Assembly (NCBI RefSeq): GCF_001194135.2
Contig: NC_068982.1
Span: forward strand, 130,411,776 to 130,468,981
DNA length: 57,206 bases
Reading direction: 5' to 3'
Origin: Octopus bimaculoides
Taxonomy: Eukaryota
Program-made: the position numbers and the translations under genes
Notes under the pieces: model-generated
Told to the model about the DNA's origin: nothing
The model's input: only the letters and a program-made list of their open reading frames with translations
Databases searched by the model: none
Shown here: piece by piece, positions 26,280 to 40,623 of the stretch
Position numbering within the stretch: position 1 is the stretch's first letter
Layout of the letters: every line of letters begins with the position of its first letter

Positions 26280-27480
26280 GCCAATTACTGTGATCTTATA
26301 CTCGTCTCCACCCTTGAATGACATCAACATTAACAAATGCCATATATAGCGGGACGAAAGCAGTTGTTTCAGTGTCCTTTCTTGTTTTGTTCAGATAAGT
26401 CTGAAATATTATGGGAGCTTAGTTCAAAGCGTTTTAAAACAGTTAGTGTATGAGGAAATGGAGCTCCGGTCAAAGTTGTATGATAGTGTTGTGACGGCTA
26501 GATACAGTGTTTGTGAATTGTGACGATTGCCCACTCAGCTTGGTGGGTGGTCATTCGTATTGTAGAACATCGAAGTTCTGTATGAGACTTTCTCCTTCAC
26601 ACCCCAAAATAAATAAACAAATAAATAAAATAAATAAATAAATAAATAAATAAATAACATAAAATAAACAAATAAAACGTCCTTGTAGTTCCTACCTCAT
26701 AGTCCCAAACCAGATGGCGTGCAAAGGGTGGAAGCAATGAAGCTCATCAACAAGTATATTGAGGATCGACTTCAAATTTTTTTTCGACATGTTGCGCAAT
26801 GAGGCCAATGAAAAAAAGATGTGAAGCAAGGCAATATGATTTCTTGGCCTTGATAGGGTTTTGAAACAAAGCATTAATTTGTATAGATTGCAGTCAAAAG
26901 ATAAGCTATTCTCCCTTTGGTTAGAAATTCGTAGCGCGATCAGTCCGATCATGAAAAAGAATTGGTCAGTTACTCACTTGAAGCAAAACTTGGTCTTCGT
27001 CAGAAATAGAATGTTAATGTTGAAAGACATTAAAGACTAAAGAAACGAATACCTCATGAGAATTAGAGAGGCGCAGTGGTGATAGCTATTTGCATAGAGC
27101 CTTTACAAAGAACAGACTGCAGACCTCTTCTTTTGGTTGTCAAGTTAAGGTTCCTTCTTAATCTCTAGAAATTTTATTATGGCGCAGACAATAACAATTC
27201 AAAGAAGTGTGGGAGAAAGCAATAATACGAAGAAATGTTAGATGGTAGAGTGATGCTATCAAGATGGATCACCATGAAAATATGAAGACTTGAAGAACTT
27301 CTTGAATTTATTGCTCGGTGCGTATATGAGAGCGTCTCACCTAAACTTCATATCGCTATTCCGGTAATAGTACTTTCTATCGCCAGCTGTGAGAGATCAT
27401 TCAACAAGTTCACACTTTCAGTCGTTTATTTGAGAGCCTCTATAGATTAAGGCAGACTCGGTAATTTTGCCTCGCTAAAG
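26280..27480 (+). pseudogene. Fossil hAT-family transposase interrupted by a (TAAA)n tract
   Basis: ANYCDLILVST (compare AKYFSIILD.T), LRSKLYDS (compare CRGQ.YD), QTRW..RVEAMKLI (TRW at 26709-26717) and the dimerisation-domain motif SIASCERSFNKF..YLRASID*GRLGNFA (ASCERSF at 27382-27402), in the correct order. Confidence 0.75.
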
Positions 27481-29435
27481 TTACAAAAAACCCAAGTAAT
27501 CAAGTACATAAAAGAAAAAAAAACTTTGATCACAGCATAGAAAAATTTATATTAGTGAAAACAAAAATAGTGCAGTTATAATTTTCTTGTGACGCAATAA
27601 TGTATTAATTGCTCGTGGGTCAACTACAAATACCATCTTAGCATTTCTATAACCAGAATCGCCAGGAGCCCAATCACCTTCAACACCTCCAAATCACCTT
27701 CAACAACACCAAGGCAGAGGAAATCCTCTTTCCCTCTCCCCGCCCCTTTCCCCTCCCCTCCTTCTCTTCACCTTCAACTTTTACACCCACTACCTAATTC
27801 TTAGACGGGCAAGATTGCTGCTATACCGCGTTCTACACATAGTAACTGATACAGGACGTTATCATTTTATTTTTATCATTGGATCGGGTAAGTGTACCAA
27901 ATCCCGATCTGTTCTGGCAATTTTATCTTTAAAATAATTCATCTGGTGTTGCATTAGTATTGCTGCGCTGTTGTTGCCGTAGTGGAAATGTTGGTGATGG
28001 CGTCGTTTATTAAATGAATTTGATATGTTACGAAAATAGGCTTTTAATGATACTAACTTACAGATCTATTTTGTAGAATAAATGATATTCCTTAAAATAT
28101 ATATAATGTTACCGTCATCAGCATTATTCTCACCCCCACCCACTACACCAATACCATGATTATCATCATTGCAGAAACATGGTACTTATATGCCAGTTGT
28201 TGTTTAGCGCACGTTGAATCCCGATTTTAAATGACCTATAACGAAAGGCTATCCGGTTGTGACCATTCCATCTTTTTAAGGATAAGCAGGACTACATTAT
28301 ATAGTGTGTCTTTTTCTTATTTACGACGGGAGAGCGTGATTAGATGCAGAGATGGATTCTAATTCGAGAATGTAGACTTGCGGCTTGTAATGAGTGGTAA
28401 ACTTTGTTGATTAAAGTAACTTATAGACGAATTAGTCTATTCTAAACAATCTTTTTGACTTAGGATTAAATAAAGAGCATACTGCTATATTAATTCCTTT
28501 CCTAACGACATCAGTAGATCAATGGAAGTGCGTAAGGTGAAAGGAAAAAGTAACGTGTAGGAATAAAAAAATTCTTTGCAGCCACGGTTCGCCTGTTCGA
28601 CGCTCACTATTCAGTATCATTATACATGATTATCAATCCATATTTATGAACAAGATTACCACAAAAGAGTAAGTATGTAGCTAGAGGGAAGACTTAATTT
28701 AGTTTGGCTGAAAAAGTTGATGAAATCATTAAAATGCGACTGATATGTTGAAGGACACACACAAACACCAGACGCATACAAAGAAACAATAAAGAGACTT
28801 TAGTGAGAGACAGTTAATAACAATGAATATTCATATACACACACGTTTTAATACATATGCAGTCCTTCATATAAGTACCAAATGAAATAAAATACATATT
28901 TCCATCCTAGATTTCCTTAAAGTAGGCGACAACATTTTTTCCCATGAGATACCTGATTCGGAATCTTGTCAAAGCAATAATTAACAATCAATAACATTAA
29001 GTTACAAATGTTTTGATCTTGAGTTAAAATTGCAAAGGAAACTTAAAATGTCCTAAGTGTCAAGTTTGACATTCGTAAAGAGATACTCTTTATTAAATCA
29101 CCTGCCATAGTTTATATAAGCGATCACGATTCATTAATGCAGAAACGTTCAAATATAGGCGTATAATGCAGAAAGTGTAAATTCTATCTTTTATAACAAA
29201 ATAGCACCACCGTCGTGGGGATGTTACTTTTTACCACCTACATATATCTTTTATAGTTCACAGCTTTATATAACTGATTGCACTGAAAGAACAGTATTGC
29301 TAGTACAATATGAGGAGGTAACGCACTCTACTAGAAATTTCGTGGTCGTATAGTCCAGATGAGCAATATGGAACATCTGCAAAGAAGATAAGAGACAGGC
29401 AATCACAAGTTCCAGCTAGGTGGTCTGTCTTGATA

Positions 29436-29561
<126 letters not shown>

Positions 29562-30347
29562 AACACAGAATCAAAAGTGTATATAGCCATGATCTTTGAC
29601 GTTGCCTATCCCGCTTGGCTGTCAAGAAAAAGTGACCTTGTAAGATTCGAAGAATTCAGGATCGAGCGAGTGATATTTAACTATTTACAATCAAGCATCC
29701 ATCTCGGTTCTCTAAGTAAAAACCACTTCACTCCTTGATATTACTAAGGACTACGAAAACATGTCGAGATAATCAGACCCTAGTTTGGAATACATTTTAG
29801 AATTACTTCACTTACATCACTATCCAGATGTCATAGATACTAATTTCCTCACATATATATAAACTTGAATTTGCTTGAAATATAGGAATTATTTATTAAT
29901 TACAATCGGGAAAATAATGATAATTTAGACGTTATCTTATGACGGATGGTTGAAGTAATATTAAAATGAATCAAGGAAGCAAAAGAGAAGCGTCATTAAC
30001 TGGCGAACGTCGCCTTAGATTCAATAGTACAGAATAAAACAAAATGACTTATGGTGTCAATACTAATAATACTAGTTGTTCTTGTTTAGCAAGATAATAA
30101 TGTCTAGCGTTACAACGACATACTTAAATTAGCAGTGAAGTCTTCCTTATCAATATACGGATCCTATGCTTCGAAACTCTTAATCTTTAGGAGAGCGTGT
30201 AATACAATAGAGACAGGATAGCAACACAATTAGATATAAAAGTTGAATGGAATTTTCATTTCATTACGTAATTCCATAACGTTAGTTTTGTGAAGCCAAA
30301 TTGAGCGGGAGTGAAATATCATTCCCACAATCATCTTACTACTACTG

Positions 30348-30412
<65 letters not shown>

Positions 30413-30791
30413 GCTGCTGCTGCTACTGCTGCTCTAATCAGGTGGTGCGACAATGCCGAAGCTCACTTTAGCTCGTTTTCATTAGCTAATGTTGTGACAC
30501 CTGACATATGAATTTGCTTGATAGTTCTGCAATGTTTTTTTTATATATATATTTTATATTTTAATGCTACAGTATTGAACTCAAAACAAACAGTGTCCGA
30601 AGAAAAAAGGCAGGATGGACTCAGCTGGAATGCCTTTCATCATACCTTTGCTCGAAAACAGCTGACTCGGAGTTAGATAACCACAACTCCAACTACTACC
30701 ATTAAATTAAAAACAGGCGCATTGCTGTCGGTAACCAGAATTTTCCTGCGCATGTGTGTGTATATGTATTAATACACATGTATATATGCGG

Positions 30792-30850
<59 letters not shown>

Positions 30851-31430
30851 TACATATATGTGTGTGTGTTTAGACAGGCATATATATTATTTTAGTTTTA
30901 TCTTTGATATTTGCCGTAGTATATCATGATTTCACCGATTGAGTGAAGTCATGAAGGCCACCAGTATACTACTAAACCTGTCATGTGATCAGGATTTTTT
31001 TCTTAAAATGCTGAAAGCGCGATATAACTTCAGCGATCATAATAAGACATCCTTTACGTATACTTTCCATAATGACTTGCATGTATACTTTCGATGACAT
31101 CAATAATAACAGACTTCAGTTGATCAATAATAAGGCAGCAGTGCTATAGTTTCGGTGACCAAAAGGGTACATAAGACACCGAATTAAATGACTGTCTTGA
31201 ACATTTTTAATCCCACCATAACTGCCTTTACCTTTTATACAGTTGGTGTCGATATCGTAACAACCAATAACTACAAAAAGCGGCTTTGGTTTTTGTGAAA
31301 ATGAAAAGAGAAAGAAACCACCTCAGTACTAAAGGCACCTCAACGTTTTGAAATAGTTTGCATACAGAAATAACTATTAATGTAAGCACTCTAATCTGAG
31401 AGAAGGCCTTGCTTCGATTAAACTGAAAAA

Positions 31431-32484
31431 TATATGGATCTATTCCCTCTCAATCATCATAGATATTTTAATTAATTTTTTTAAAACTAAACAGTTTGAA
31501 ACTTTGAATACCGGTAGAATTTCTCACGTAGAACACGGTTAACTCTGAGCGTTTTTGACAAAATTTCGTATTTTAGAAGATATCGTATTTGTTGAAGTTG
31601 TCGTATTTGGGTAATTTCAACAATTCAACGACATGTATTCGGTTGAAGAAAGCTACTGCTGTCTACGATAGTAAACGAAGAAGTACAACTTCCGGGTCAT
31701 CTCTGCTAAATATCACCACTTTGTTCTATTCGTATGACGACCGAAGACGATGCCCCTTTATCCTTTCTTCCTTTCTAGTCAGCACCGTGCATTCCTTACT
31801 CTTTCCCTCCTTTCACTATCAGCTCGCAACCAGCAAGCGAACTTGTCACTGCCAATACAATTAGCGTGTATAAGCCGCTATTTGTTTTGTTTTACCTTCA
31901 TTTTTTGATAATGTTATTTTTTTTATCTGTTAAAAACTTTTATATTGACGAAATGTGCTTGTTGTTGATTATAGTAAGATAAAATCATAACAATAACAAT
32001 ACATCTCATAGCTGTAAAATAATGCATCTTGAAACTACATATACGTCAACAACAAAAACCTAGCAGCGGACTCGTTGCTTTTAAACACCAGCGAGCTTTA
32101 TGTGTGGATAAAACACCGATGTCGGGCAAACGAATACATATATGTAAATAATATTTCTTCCTTCTTGCAGTTGATTCTTCGATGGTGTTGATTCTTCAGA
32201 GTGGTGACATTTAGTAGAGATGACTCGAAAGTTGTTCCCCTTCGATTACTATCGTAAACAGCAGTAGCTTTCTTCAACCGAATACACGTCGTTGATTGGT
32301 TGAAATTACCGAAATACAACTTAAACACGAAATAACTTCTAAAATACGAAATTTTGTCAAAAACGTTCAGAGTAAACCGTGTTCTACATGAGAAATTCTA
32401 CTAGTATTCGAAGTTTCAAAAAGCTTAGTTAAAAAATTAATTTAAAGAATCTGTGATGATTGAGATGCAATATATCCAGATATA
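31431..32484. repeat. Long inverted repeat (arms about 31431-31723 and 32197-32484); possible long-TIR/foldback element
   Basis: The arms are near-identical reverse complements, including an exact 29-mer tgtattcggttgaagaaagctactgctgt. They produce the two near-identical ORFs in the track (…STTCIRLKKATAVYDS…). Both outer ends lie in TATA. Confidence 0.9.
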
Positions 32485-32616
32485 AAATAACAATAAACTT
32501 ATTGTATACAGTGCTCAGGTGCACTACACTTTATTTCTCAAAGATGAAGTATCAGTTAGTTTCGGATGTTAGATTTGTCTTTTCGACGTAGGAACTAATC
32601 TAAACACCACTAACTA

Positions 32617-32944
32617 CCGTATTTGATTACCTATAAGACGCACAAGTGCATAGGACGCACCGTAGCCGAGGTTATACTTTTGTAAAATAAATTACCACTA
32701 AAATAATATTTCAATTCCTCCACTTACCTGTATAACTTTATGTTATTACCGGTAACTATAAACAATTTATTGCATCCACGTTCGATATAAACATACCGTA
32801 GGCGTTTGTTCACCAATAGATGGCAGCACATTTTGTAAACATACATACCGTTTTGAGCCTACATTGAGTGCATTGGATGCAGAAGGTGGGTGTCAAGCCA
32901 TTTTAGGGTTAAAAAAGGTGCGTCTTATAGGCCATCAAATATGG
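32617..32944. mobile_element. Non-autonomous Tc1/mariner-superfamily MITE (pogo/Tc2-type termini), 328 bp
   Basis: Left end ccgtatttgattacctataagacgcac; reverse complement of right end ccatatttgatggcctataagacgcac. TA flanks at 32615-32616 and 32945-32946. Subterminal repeat taggacgcacc. Confidence 0.9.
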
Positions 32945-34818
32945 TAAATTGTTTGCGCATCATAAATACAAGTACTGCAGATACAAGTTTAAAACCCTTA
33001 AGTTTAATTTTCTGGAAACACATTTCATGACATATCAAAACAAAACCGAACAGCAAGCGTATCGTGTTAGCTAAATGGTAGAAAAAATACAAGGGAATAT
33101 CAGTCATTTGCCATGCTTAAAATAGATTTTCAGGTATGGCTGTTGAACATTTCATCGCTTTTACTTCCCAAAACAGTTTCTAAAAGATGGGGAATGCCAC
33201 ACAAACAAATATTTACAAAATATCTTAACATTTTATGTATATTCCATTTCACAGAGAAATGAGTCTTCTTCTTTGTGTGTTTGGATAAAATATCTATGAT
33301 ACGTATCATACGACTGACTTCGTAAAGCGGATATTATTGAAGAGAATATTCGAGAATGTTCATACTTCACACGTGGAATATGTAAGGGTCTTTATTTTCA
33401 TCGTGATTACTCCCTTAGATAACTTACTGAATTACCAGATACAGTTGCATTTATGCGTATAAGTGTGTGTAAAAAGAACAAGATAAAACAAAAAAGGAAA
33501 AATAAATAATAAAGAATGAAAACGATAGTAAGAGTTTGTAGAAGACGCAAAACCTTTAATTCTTTGGGGAGAAGAAATAGGATTTAATGACATTACGTAC
33601 GTGAATGTGATTTAATTTGAATCAGGAAATATTGATTTCTTTCTTTGGTGGAAAACTAATATTTACGATGGAAGTGATCGTGAAAGTGAACCGTTTCCAC
33701 CGTATTATCAAGGTTCATTTATCGGTTCTGTAAAGCTGCAGATCCTGAGATTGGCAGAATCGTTGGAATACCGGATGAAATATCTTGTAGTCTTTAGTTA
33801 TGGTTTTTAGCTGAAATTCCGCTAAAATTGACTTTGCATGTATCCTTTCGTGGATAGATCGAAGCCTTGAGACTAAGTCGATATTTTACTCACTCATTTT
33901 TAACACAAACAAAGTTAGTAGTGTAAGATATTTTGGTTACTGCTACACATGGCACAGAATACGTATTCAATAATTAAAGTAAATTTTGACAAGATAACTG
34001 ACAGAATGTAAACCATTTCGACCAATACGTTGGCAGAAAGCAATTTTTTTTTTATCTCTATTCTAGATATGATACACAGATTGGCCTGGCCGGCTGTCAT
34101 TCTATGTGAATTTGCCTGTTTGTGCTTGTGGCTGTGTGTATACGCATCTGTTTATATGTGTGTTCATCTTCAGGATTTTCTCGATGGTTAATTAGTTCAT
34201 TGAGACCAAAAGTTTAATGAAGTGGCTATGCTGAGAAGATTACTTTTATGTTTTCTTGGTATTTAGTTTCCTAAACATGTGTGAAACTTCAGCTGAAGTT
34301 TATCAGTCTGAAAGTTGAAACCTAGGTCAGATATCCAGACACTGTTGCTGTTGATGGTGGAGTTGATGATGATGATGTTCTTGTAATGCAAGTTCATAAT
34401 GATGTTGGCGATGGTGATGATATTGATGGCGCTTGGTGATTGCGCTTGGTATTGATGTTAATAGTGATAGAAGTGATGGTTGAGGTAATATTTGCATTAG
34501 TTATATTGACAGTGTTTAGAGGTGGTAGTAGGAAGAAAAGGTGAAGGGAAAGTATAGGAGTGTCACGGGAAATGATGAAAACTGATCCAAGATGTAGACT
34601 TAAACAGCTGTGGAGGAAAAATAGCAAAATGATAAATAGATATGTTTGCTGTGAAACTGTTAGTAATCGGAGTTGAGTAATGTAGATTAAAGTAAAACTT
34701 AGCTTCCAGTCTTTGTGTGTGTGTGTGTGTGCGCGCACATAATTGCAATGAATGTGTAAAGTGTACGGGAATCAATGTGTTTGCATGTGTGTGTTTCACA
34801 CACCCACATATACATGTT

Positions 34819-34899
<81 letters not shown>

Positions 34900-35281
34900 C
34901 TACATATATTTATATATACATAGACACGCACACGCACGCACATGCACCTATACACGCATACACACATAGTAAAGGTGTATTCGTATCAAGGTGTTTGTGC
35001 GGTGCTAATCCCATATCCGGCCTGAAGGTAATAATTTTCTTCATCTATATTTTCAAATGTTCATGCCCCTTCACTCCCCCACACATAAACGTTTAGTCGA
35101 GAAGTTGAAAAGCGTTGGGATGGTAAATGTTTCCAAAATATACTTCTTATTCTATAAAGTTTAATGAAATACTAAACTAGATAGAATAGTTTCAGTTATC
35201 TATATTTTTCTACATGTTTCTGTGTTACTGTTTTGTCCGTGTGTTACGCTTACGCCACGGGAAGTAATAACTCGAGTGTAG

Positions 35282-35317
<36 letters not shown>

Positions 35318-35389
35318 NNNNNNNNNNNNNNNNNNNNNNNNNNNNNNNNNNNNNNNNNNNNNNNNNNNNNNNNNNNNNNNNNNNNNNNN

Positions 35390-35435
<46 letters not shown>

Positions 35436-36327
35436 AAGGCGGGGAACTAAGAGAGGGAGAGAGAGAGAGAAGAGAGGGAGAGAAAGGGAGAGGAGGAGAA
35501 AGTCTCTATTCTACATTTGTGTGTTCAAATTGCAGGCTCACTCGAAATGCTTAACACAATGAAACAATATCATGAAGATTTATAAACTTTTGCAATAAAA
35601 GATATATCGCTAGATAGTTAAATTAAAGTGAAATAACCTTAGTTTAGCAATTAGCTGTGGATATTACACTTTTATCTTTTACATGTTTCAGACCAAAGTT
35701 TGTAGCCATACTGGAGCACCGCTATTATTAATTTTATTTATTTGGTTTAAATACTTATCGGTATTATGAGTGTAGACATATACAGAAGGGAATGCAAATA
35801 TGATAGTTAATTAGTTAGCTAGATAGATAGGTACGTAGGTGAGTCTACAGATATATCAACATATATGCAGATAAAAAAATATATTAATAGATATACAAGT
35901 ATATATGTGGCAGAGCTGAATTGAAATGAAAGGAAATGGAAATAATCTCAATTGGTAAATAACTTTGACTGAGCCTTAGTGGTGGTTGGACTGTGAAAAG
36001 GGTAATTTTTTTTTGTATATATATAGGAATAAGTTTTATCCTGTTAATTCATCTTCTACTTCCTTAAACTATAAAACACACCTTATCTGTCAAATGTATT
36101 AAAAAAAAGGAAAATAAGCAATACCTTCCAAGTTCATTTCGATTATATTTGAAAATACAGTTTTGACTAAATGGCAGGATTTCAAAAGCAATTTTTGAAA
36201 TTCCTTGCTTGTCCTAAATATAATAACAACGTTTTCAAATATGCTAACACCCTGTGGAATTTCTACAGGTTGTAGTAATAAATAAACATACCCTGTAGTG
36301 TTACAAAATGGTATGAGCACTTTTTTA

Positions 36328-36958
36328 AGGTGGGTAACTGGCAGAATCGTTAGCACGCCGAGCAAAATGCTTAGCAGTATTGCGTCCATACATAAGTTCT
36401 GAGTTCAAATTGCTTTTCATCCTTTTGTGAGTAAATAAAATAAGTACTAGTAGAGCACTGGGGTCGATGTAATCGGCTTACCCACTCCCTCAGAGTTTCT
36501 GGCTTTGTGCTAAAATTTGAATCTAATATAGGCTTTTGATTTTGCGAGCAAAACACGATCACATGACAGTAGTACTATATTCATTCGGTAACTTGTAGTG
36601 AATTAATTAGTAAAGTTTTGAACCTTTAGTTGTTGCGAACATATTCATATACAATCTTTACTGCATATGTTCGGTTTCTGTGTACTGAGTTCAATTATTA
36701 TTATTATTATTTTGTTTTTGAGTCTATGAAAGCAGTACTACAGTAAAAGTAATATATTGATTAAAAATTTTGGCTCAAGACCAGCAATTTCGGGGGAGAG
36801 GTAAGTCGATTACATCGATCCTAGTGTTCAACTGGTACTTGTTTTATCGACTTCGGAAGGATGAAAGAGTGGAATTTGAACTCAGAACATAAAGACGGAC
36901 GAAATGCGGCTAAGCATTTTGCCCGGCATGCTAACGATTCTGCCGGCTCGCCGCCTTT
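36328..36958. mobile_element. Inverted (tail-to-tail) pair of family A SINEs
   Basis: Plus copy at about 36328-36530 and minus copy at about 36765-36958. Confidence 0.85.
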
Positions 36959-39211
36959 ATATACTGAAATCGATTCAATACTATGCCAACAAAGAAAAAA
37001 AAAAGAAAAAGAAAAAGAACTAGAAAAATGAAAGAAAACTTCTGATCTAATCAAAATGATTACGGAATTATTGAAACCAATATTTGATGAGATCGCCTGC
37101 ATTTGAAATATCTATATTTATTACTTGTGTTTTGAATTTAAAAATTGATAGTTTTTTTCATTTTTGGCTCCGATTTGGCCAGATGTTTCATGGATCTTAT
37201 ATTTCTCGGTTTCGATGAAGTATGTTGGATAAAATGTTTCAAAGTGTAGTTCTTCGCAAAATCGATAGGGAATTTTAACTGAATAAATAATGTTACGACA
37301 GACAATTTGGGGACCCTAATTTGTGTTGTGTTCATATTTGACAATTAGTTAGATTTTACTCTCCAGTGTTGAAATTTTCTTAAAGGAAAAACGAGAAGAA
37401 ACAAAGTTTGCAGTTCTATTTTTAAATCACCTATTCAATTATATGATACATATTTTTGTCTATAAAAACTCACTGCTATGTGTAACTTAATTGAAAAGAT
37501 TAAACTTAATCAATGCTAATGTAATACTTAATACCTATAATCTACGATAATCTGCTAAATATCTGTTTGTCGTGATTCCGCATGCGCAAAGTTATCCATC
37601 AATTATGTACACGCGCTTGTGTTTCGTTTTCTGTTATGTTATTTCCCCAAGCCCATTCCTTTTAATGTTCTTATGAGAGGAACTAAAATTTTTAATTAAT
37701 TAAGGAAATGGGATGTATCGCTTTCATGAGTTTCACCATAAATGTGGATAATTCTGGGTGACATACTAAAAACTTTACGAAGCCAAACAAATTATAAAGA
37801 TGTCTCAAATTCAGATTCATCCGGACACAAAATATTTCTAATAAATTGACTTATCCATGTTCAGTTTTCTTCAATGAGCAGACAGCCGAAGAAAAGCAAC
37901 ATTAGATGGTGGAACTAAAAACAAGATGAGTGACAATAGTAACTACTTCAGCAATCTGGTTATCTAACAGAGTATATAATGTATTCTGTAGAGATTACGT
38001 ATGGACGTGTAGGAAACATCATTCGTCTACCCAGTATCTAGACCGTTCCGGAAACCGGATGTTAAAATTGAATGTATATTTTAAAAGTATGTCAAGTACT
38101 TCCATTAGTTACAACTTTGCTTACAGCATATCAACAGCTGTATAATTATCTTGGAGTCAAATCGATGGTAAAGACTGGTAATCTAGCAAATTTTGTGCAC
38201 ATTCCATTCAGACTTTTTGACATGTGTTAACAAGCATTAAGAATATTTTAGTTTCAACTTTGGAAATTCCGAAATAAAACGTCAATTGATAGCTTGGGAG
38301 CATACTTAATAATTGGTCAAGTACATTTGGAATACTTTTCTAAACGTTCGATGAGAAAAAGAAAAGAATCTACTGAATACAATTTTGTCACTATTGCTTC
38401 ACTGCACCTTCAATAATAATAAAAGAAATACTGAACACATGCTTCATCACTTAAATGAAAGGAAAGTCAAATGAGAGCTGAACAAACAGGAAATTGACGA
38501 ATGGTTTTGGTTGTGTACAGTATGAAGATTCAATAATCTCACGAGTGAATGAATGAAAAACTCACAGTAAGTCTAACGTTAAAAAATAAGCGAATACTTT
38601 ATTTTCTTCAGTAATTTGTCAATACCATTTTCCGGTTAATGAATATCATTTTCTCTTTTCATATTTCCTGCTTACTGACAAGCAGCCTTCTCAGATGTCT
38701 TAGTGTTTTGCTATGTCAAATCCTTTTTGTTTTCTTCTTCGTTTTTATTTACAGAATCGTATCCTTGGTCTTTTCCGTATTAACGACAACACTGATTTAA
38801 CTTTAAAATGCAGTATAAACCTTTACATTAAACTTACTTCACATATCATTACTTTAACCATTTAATAACTATTTCTGAACAATGAAAATTGGCACTGGTT
38901 ACTATGTAAATATTTAGTGTGAAGGGAACAGTTCAAACAGCAGTATTTATGTCTAATTAATTTACCTTCTTCTAACGAAAGGCAGATGTGATATTTTTGA
39001 GGGGGGAAGAGGTAGAGAGAAGAAACATTCCATTTTTCACTGGGGGAAAAATAAGATTAAAAGAGAATGATAAAATATATTTCTATGTTTCAGCTTATCT
39101 ATTCGCAGAAATTTCAGTTTCCAGTTTCACTTTATTTAATTAACCGTGATGTATGTATGTGTGTATGTATGTATGTATGTATGTATGTATGTATGTATGT
39201 ATGTATGTGTG

Positions 39212-39255
<44 letters not shown>

Positions 39256-39315
39256 CATGTATGTATGTATACATGTATGTATGTATGTTTGTGTGTGTAT
39301 GTGTATATAAATATG

Positions 39316-39696
39316 TTTTCTTTTATTCTTTATTCGTTTCAGTCATTTGACTGCGGCCATGCTGGAGCACCGCCTTTAGTCGAGCAAATCGACCCCAAGA
39401 CTTATTCTTTGTAAGACTAGTACTTATTCTATCAATCTCTTTTTGTCGAACCGCTAGGTTACGGGGACGTAAACACACCAACATCAGTTGTCAGACACAC
39501 ACAAATACACACACACACAGACACGCATATACAACGGGCTTCTTTCAGTTTCCGTCTACCAAATCCACTCACAAGGCTTTGGTCGGCACGAGGCTATAGT
39601 AGAAGACACTTGCCCAAGGTACCACACAGTGGAACTGAATCTGGAACCATGTGGCTGGTAAGCATGGTACTTACCAACACAGCTACTCCTGCGCCT
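39316..39696 (-). mobile_element. SINE family B, full length (tRNA head, CORE-like segment, internal microsatellite, LINE-like tail)
   Basis: Reverse complement begins aggcgcaggagtagctgtgttggtaag. It contains ccttgggcaagtgtcttc (compare the CORE-SINE ccttgggcaagt) and ends ggcggtgctccagcatggccgcagtcaaatgactgaaac. Confidence 0.9.
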
Positions 39697-40108
39697 ATAT
39701 ATATANNNNNNNNNNTATATTTATATATATATATATATATATATTGTAGGTATGTGTATGCGTGCATGTGTGTGTGTGTGTGTGTGTCCCAGCGTGTTAA
39801 GTTATATATAATGTTGTAATGTAGTGGAGTAGAAAGGAGATAGTAAGGTATATAAGATAAATATCAACAGTGCGATCCTTGTAAAGAACTAATTGTAGTG
39901 CCAAACCTTTTTTAGTCATGAAATGTCGCCCGCTGCAGGATTATGTATTATATATGTATGCATGCATGTATACACACACGCGTACATACGCGCGCGCGCA
40001 TTTGTATATATATTGATGGATATTGATATGCATTTTTGTCTGCGTGTATATATTGTGAAGTCCCAGTTAGTTTTGTCCTTCATAATAAATTTGACTTCAG
40101 TCACACTT

Positions 40109-40200
<92 letters not shown>

Positions 40201-40575
40201 AAGAGAGGGAGAGAGAGAAACAAAGAGAAAGAGAGAAAGAGAGGGAGAGAGTGAAGAGAAAGAGTTTGTGTGTATGTGTGATAGTGAATGCTGTATAATC
40301 AACTTAAAGCATTTTTATTGTGTATTCCAGTATTAATAATCTTTAGCAGTGTTTCTGACACCGACATGCAAACTAGCACATCATCATGTTAGTAATATAT
40401 ATGCCTCTTTGACTTGGCTGTATAAAGCTTCTTCTCAGCATCTTCGGAATTTAAACGAACTCTAATAAGGGTTCAAACGTATATGAAACACAGTTCGTCA
40501 TGGTAGCCAAAATGAGATGTATATTACCTGAGTTGTACTGCACACCGAGACTACATATGCTTTAAACAACTCTCT

Positions 40576-40623
<48 letters not shown>

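Noticed and set aside
34340-34560. 114-aa minus ORF with Ile/Thr/Asn-rich stretch
   Set aside because: It derives from decayed (GAT/GGT)n repeats plus (CA)n.
37575-37592. NRF1-like motif (cgcatgcgca) suggesting a promoter
   Set aside because: It is an isolated motif with no CpG island or adjacent exon, and similar strings arise at TG/CA repeat junctions (e.g. 56285-56294).
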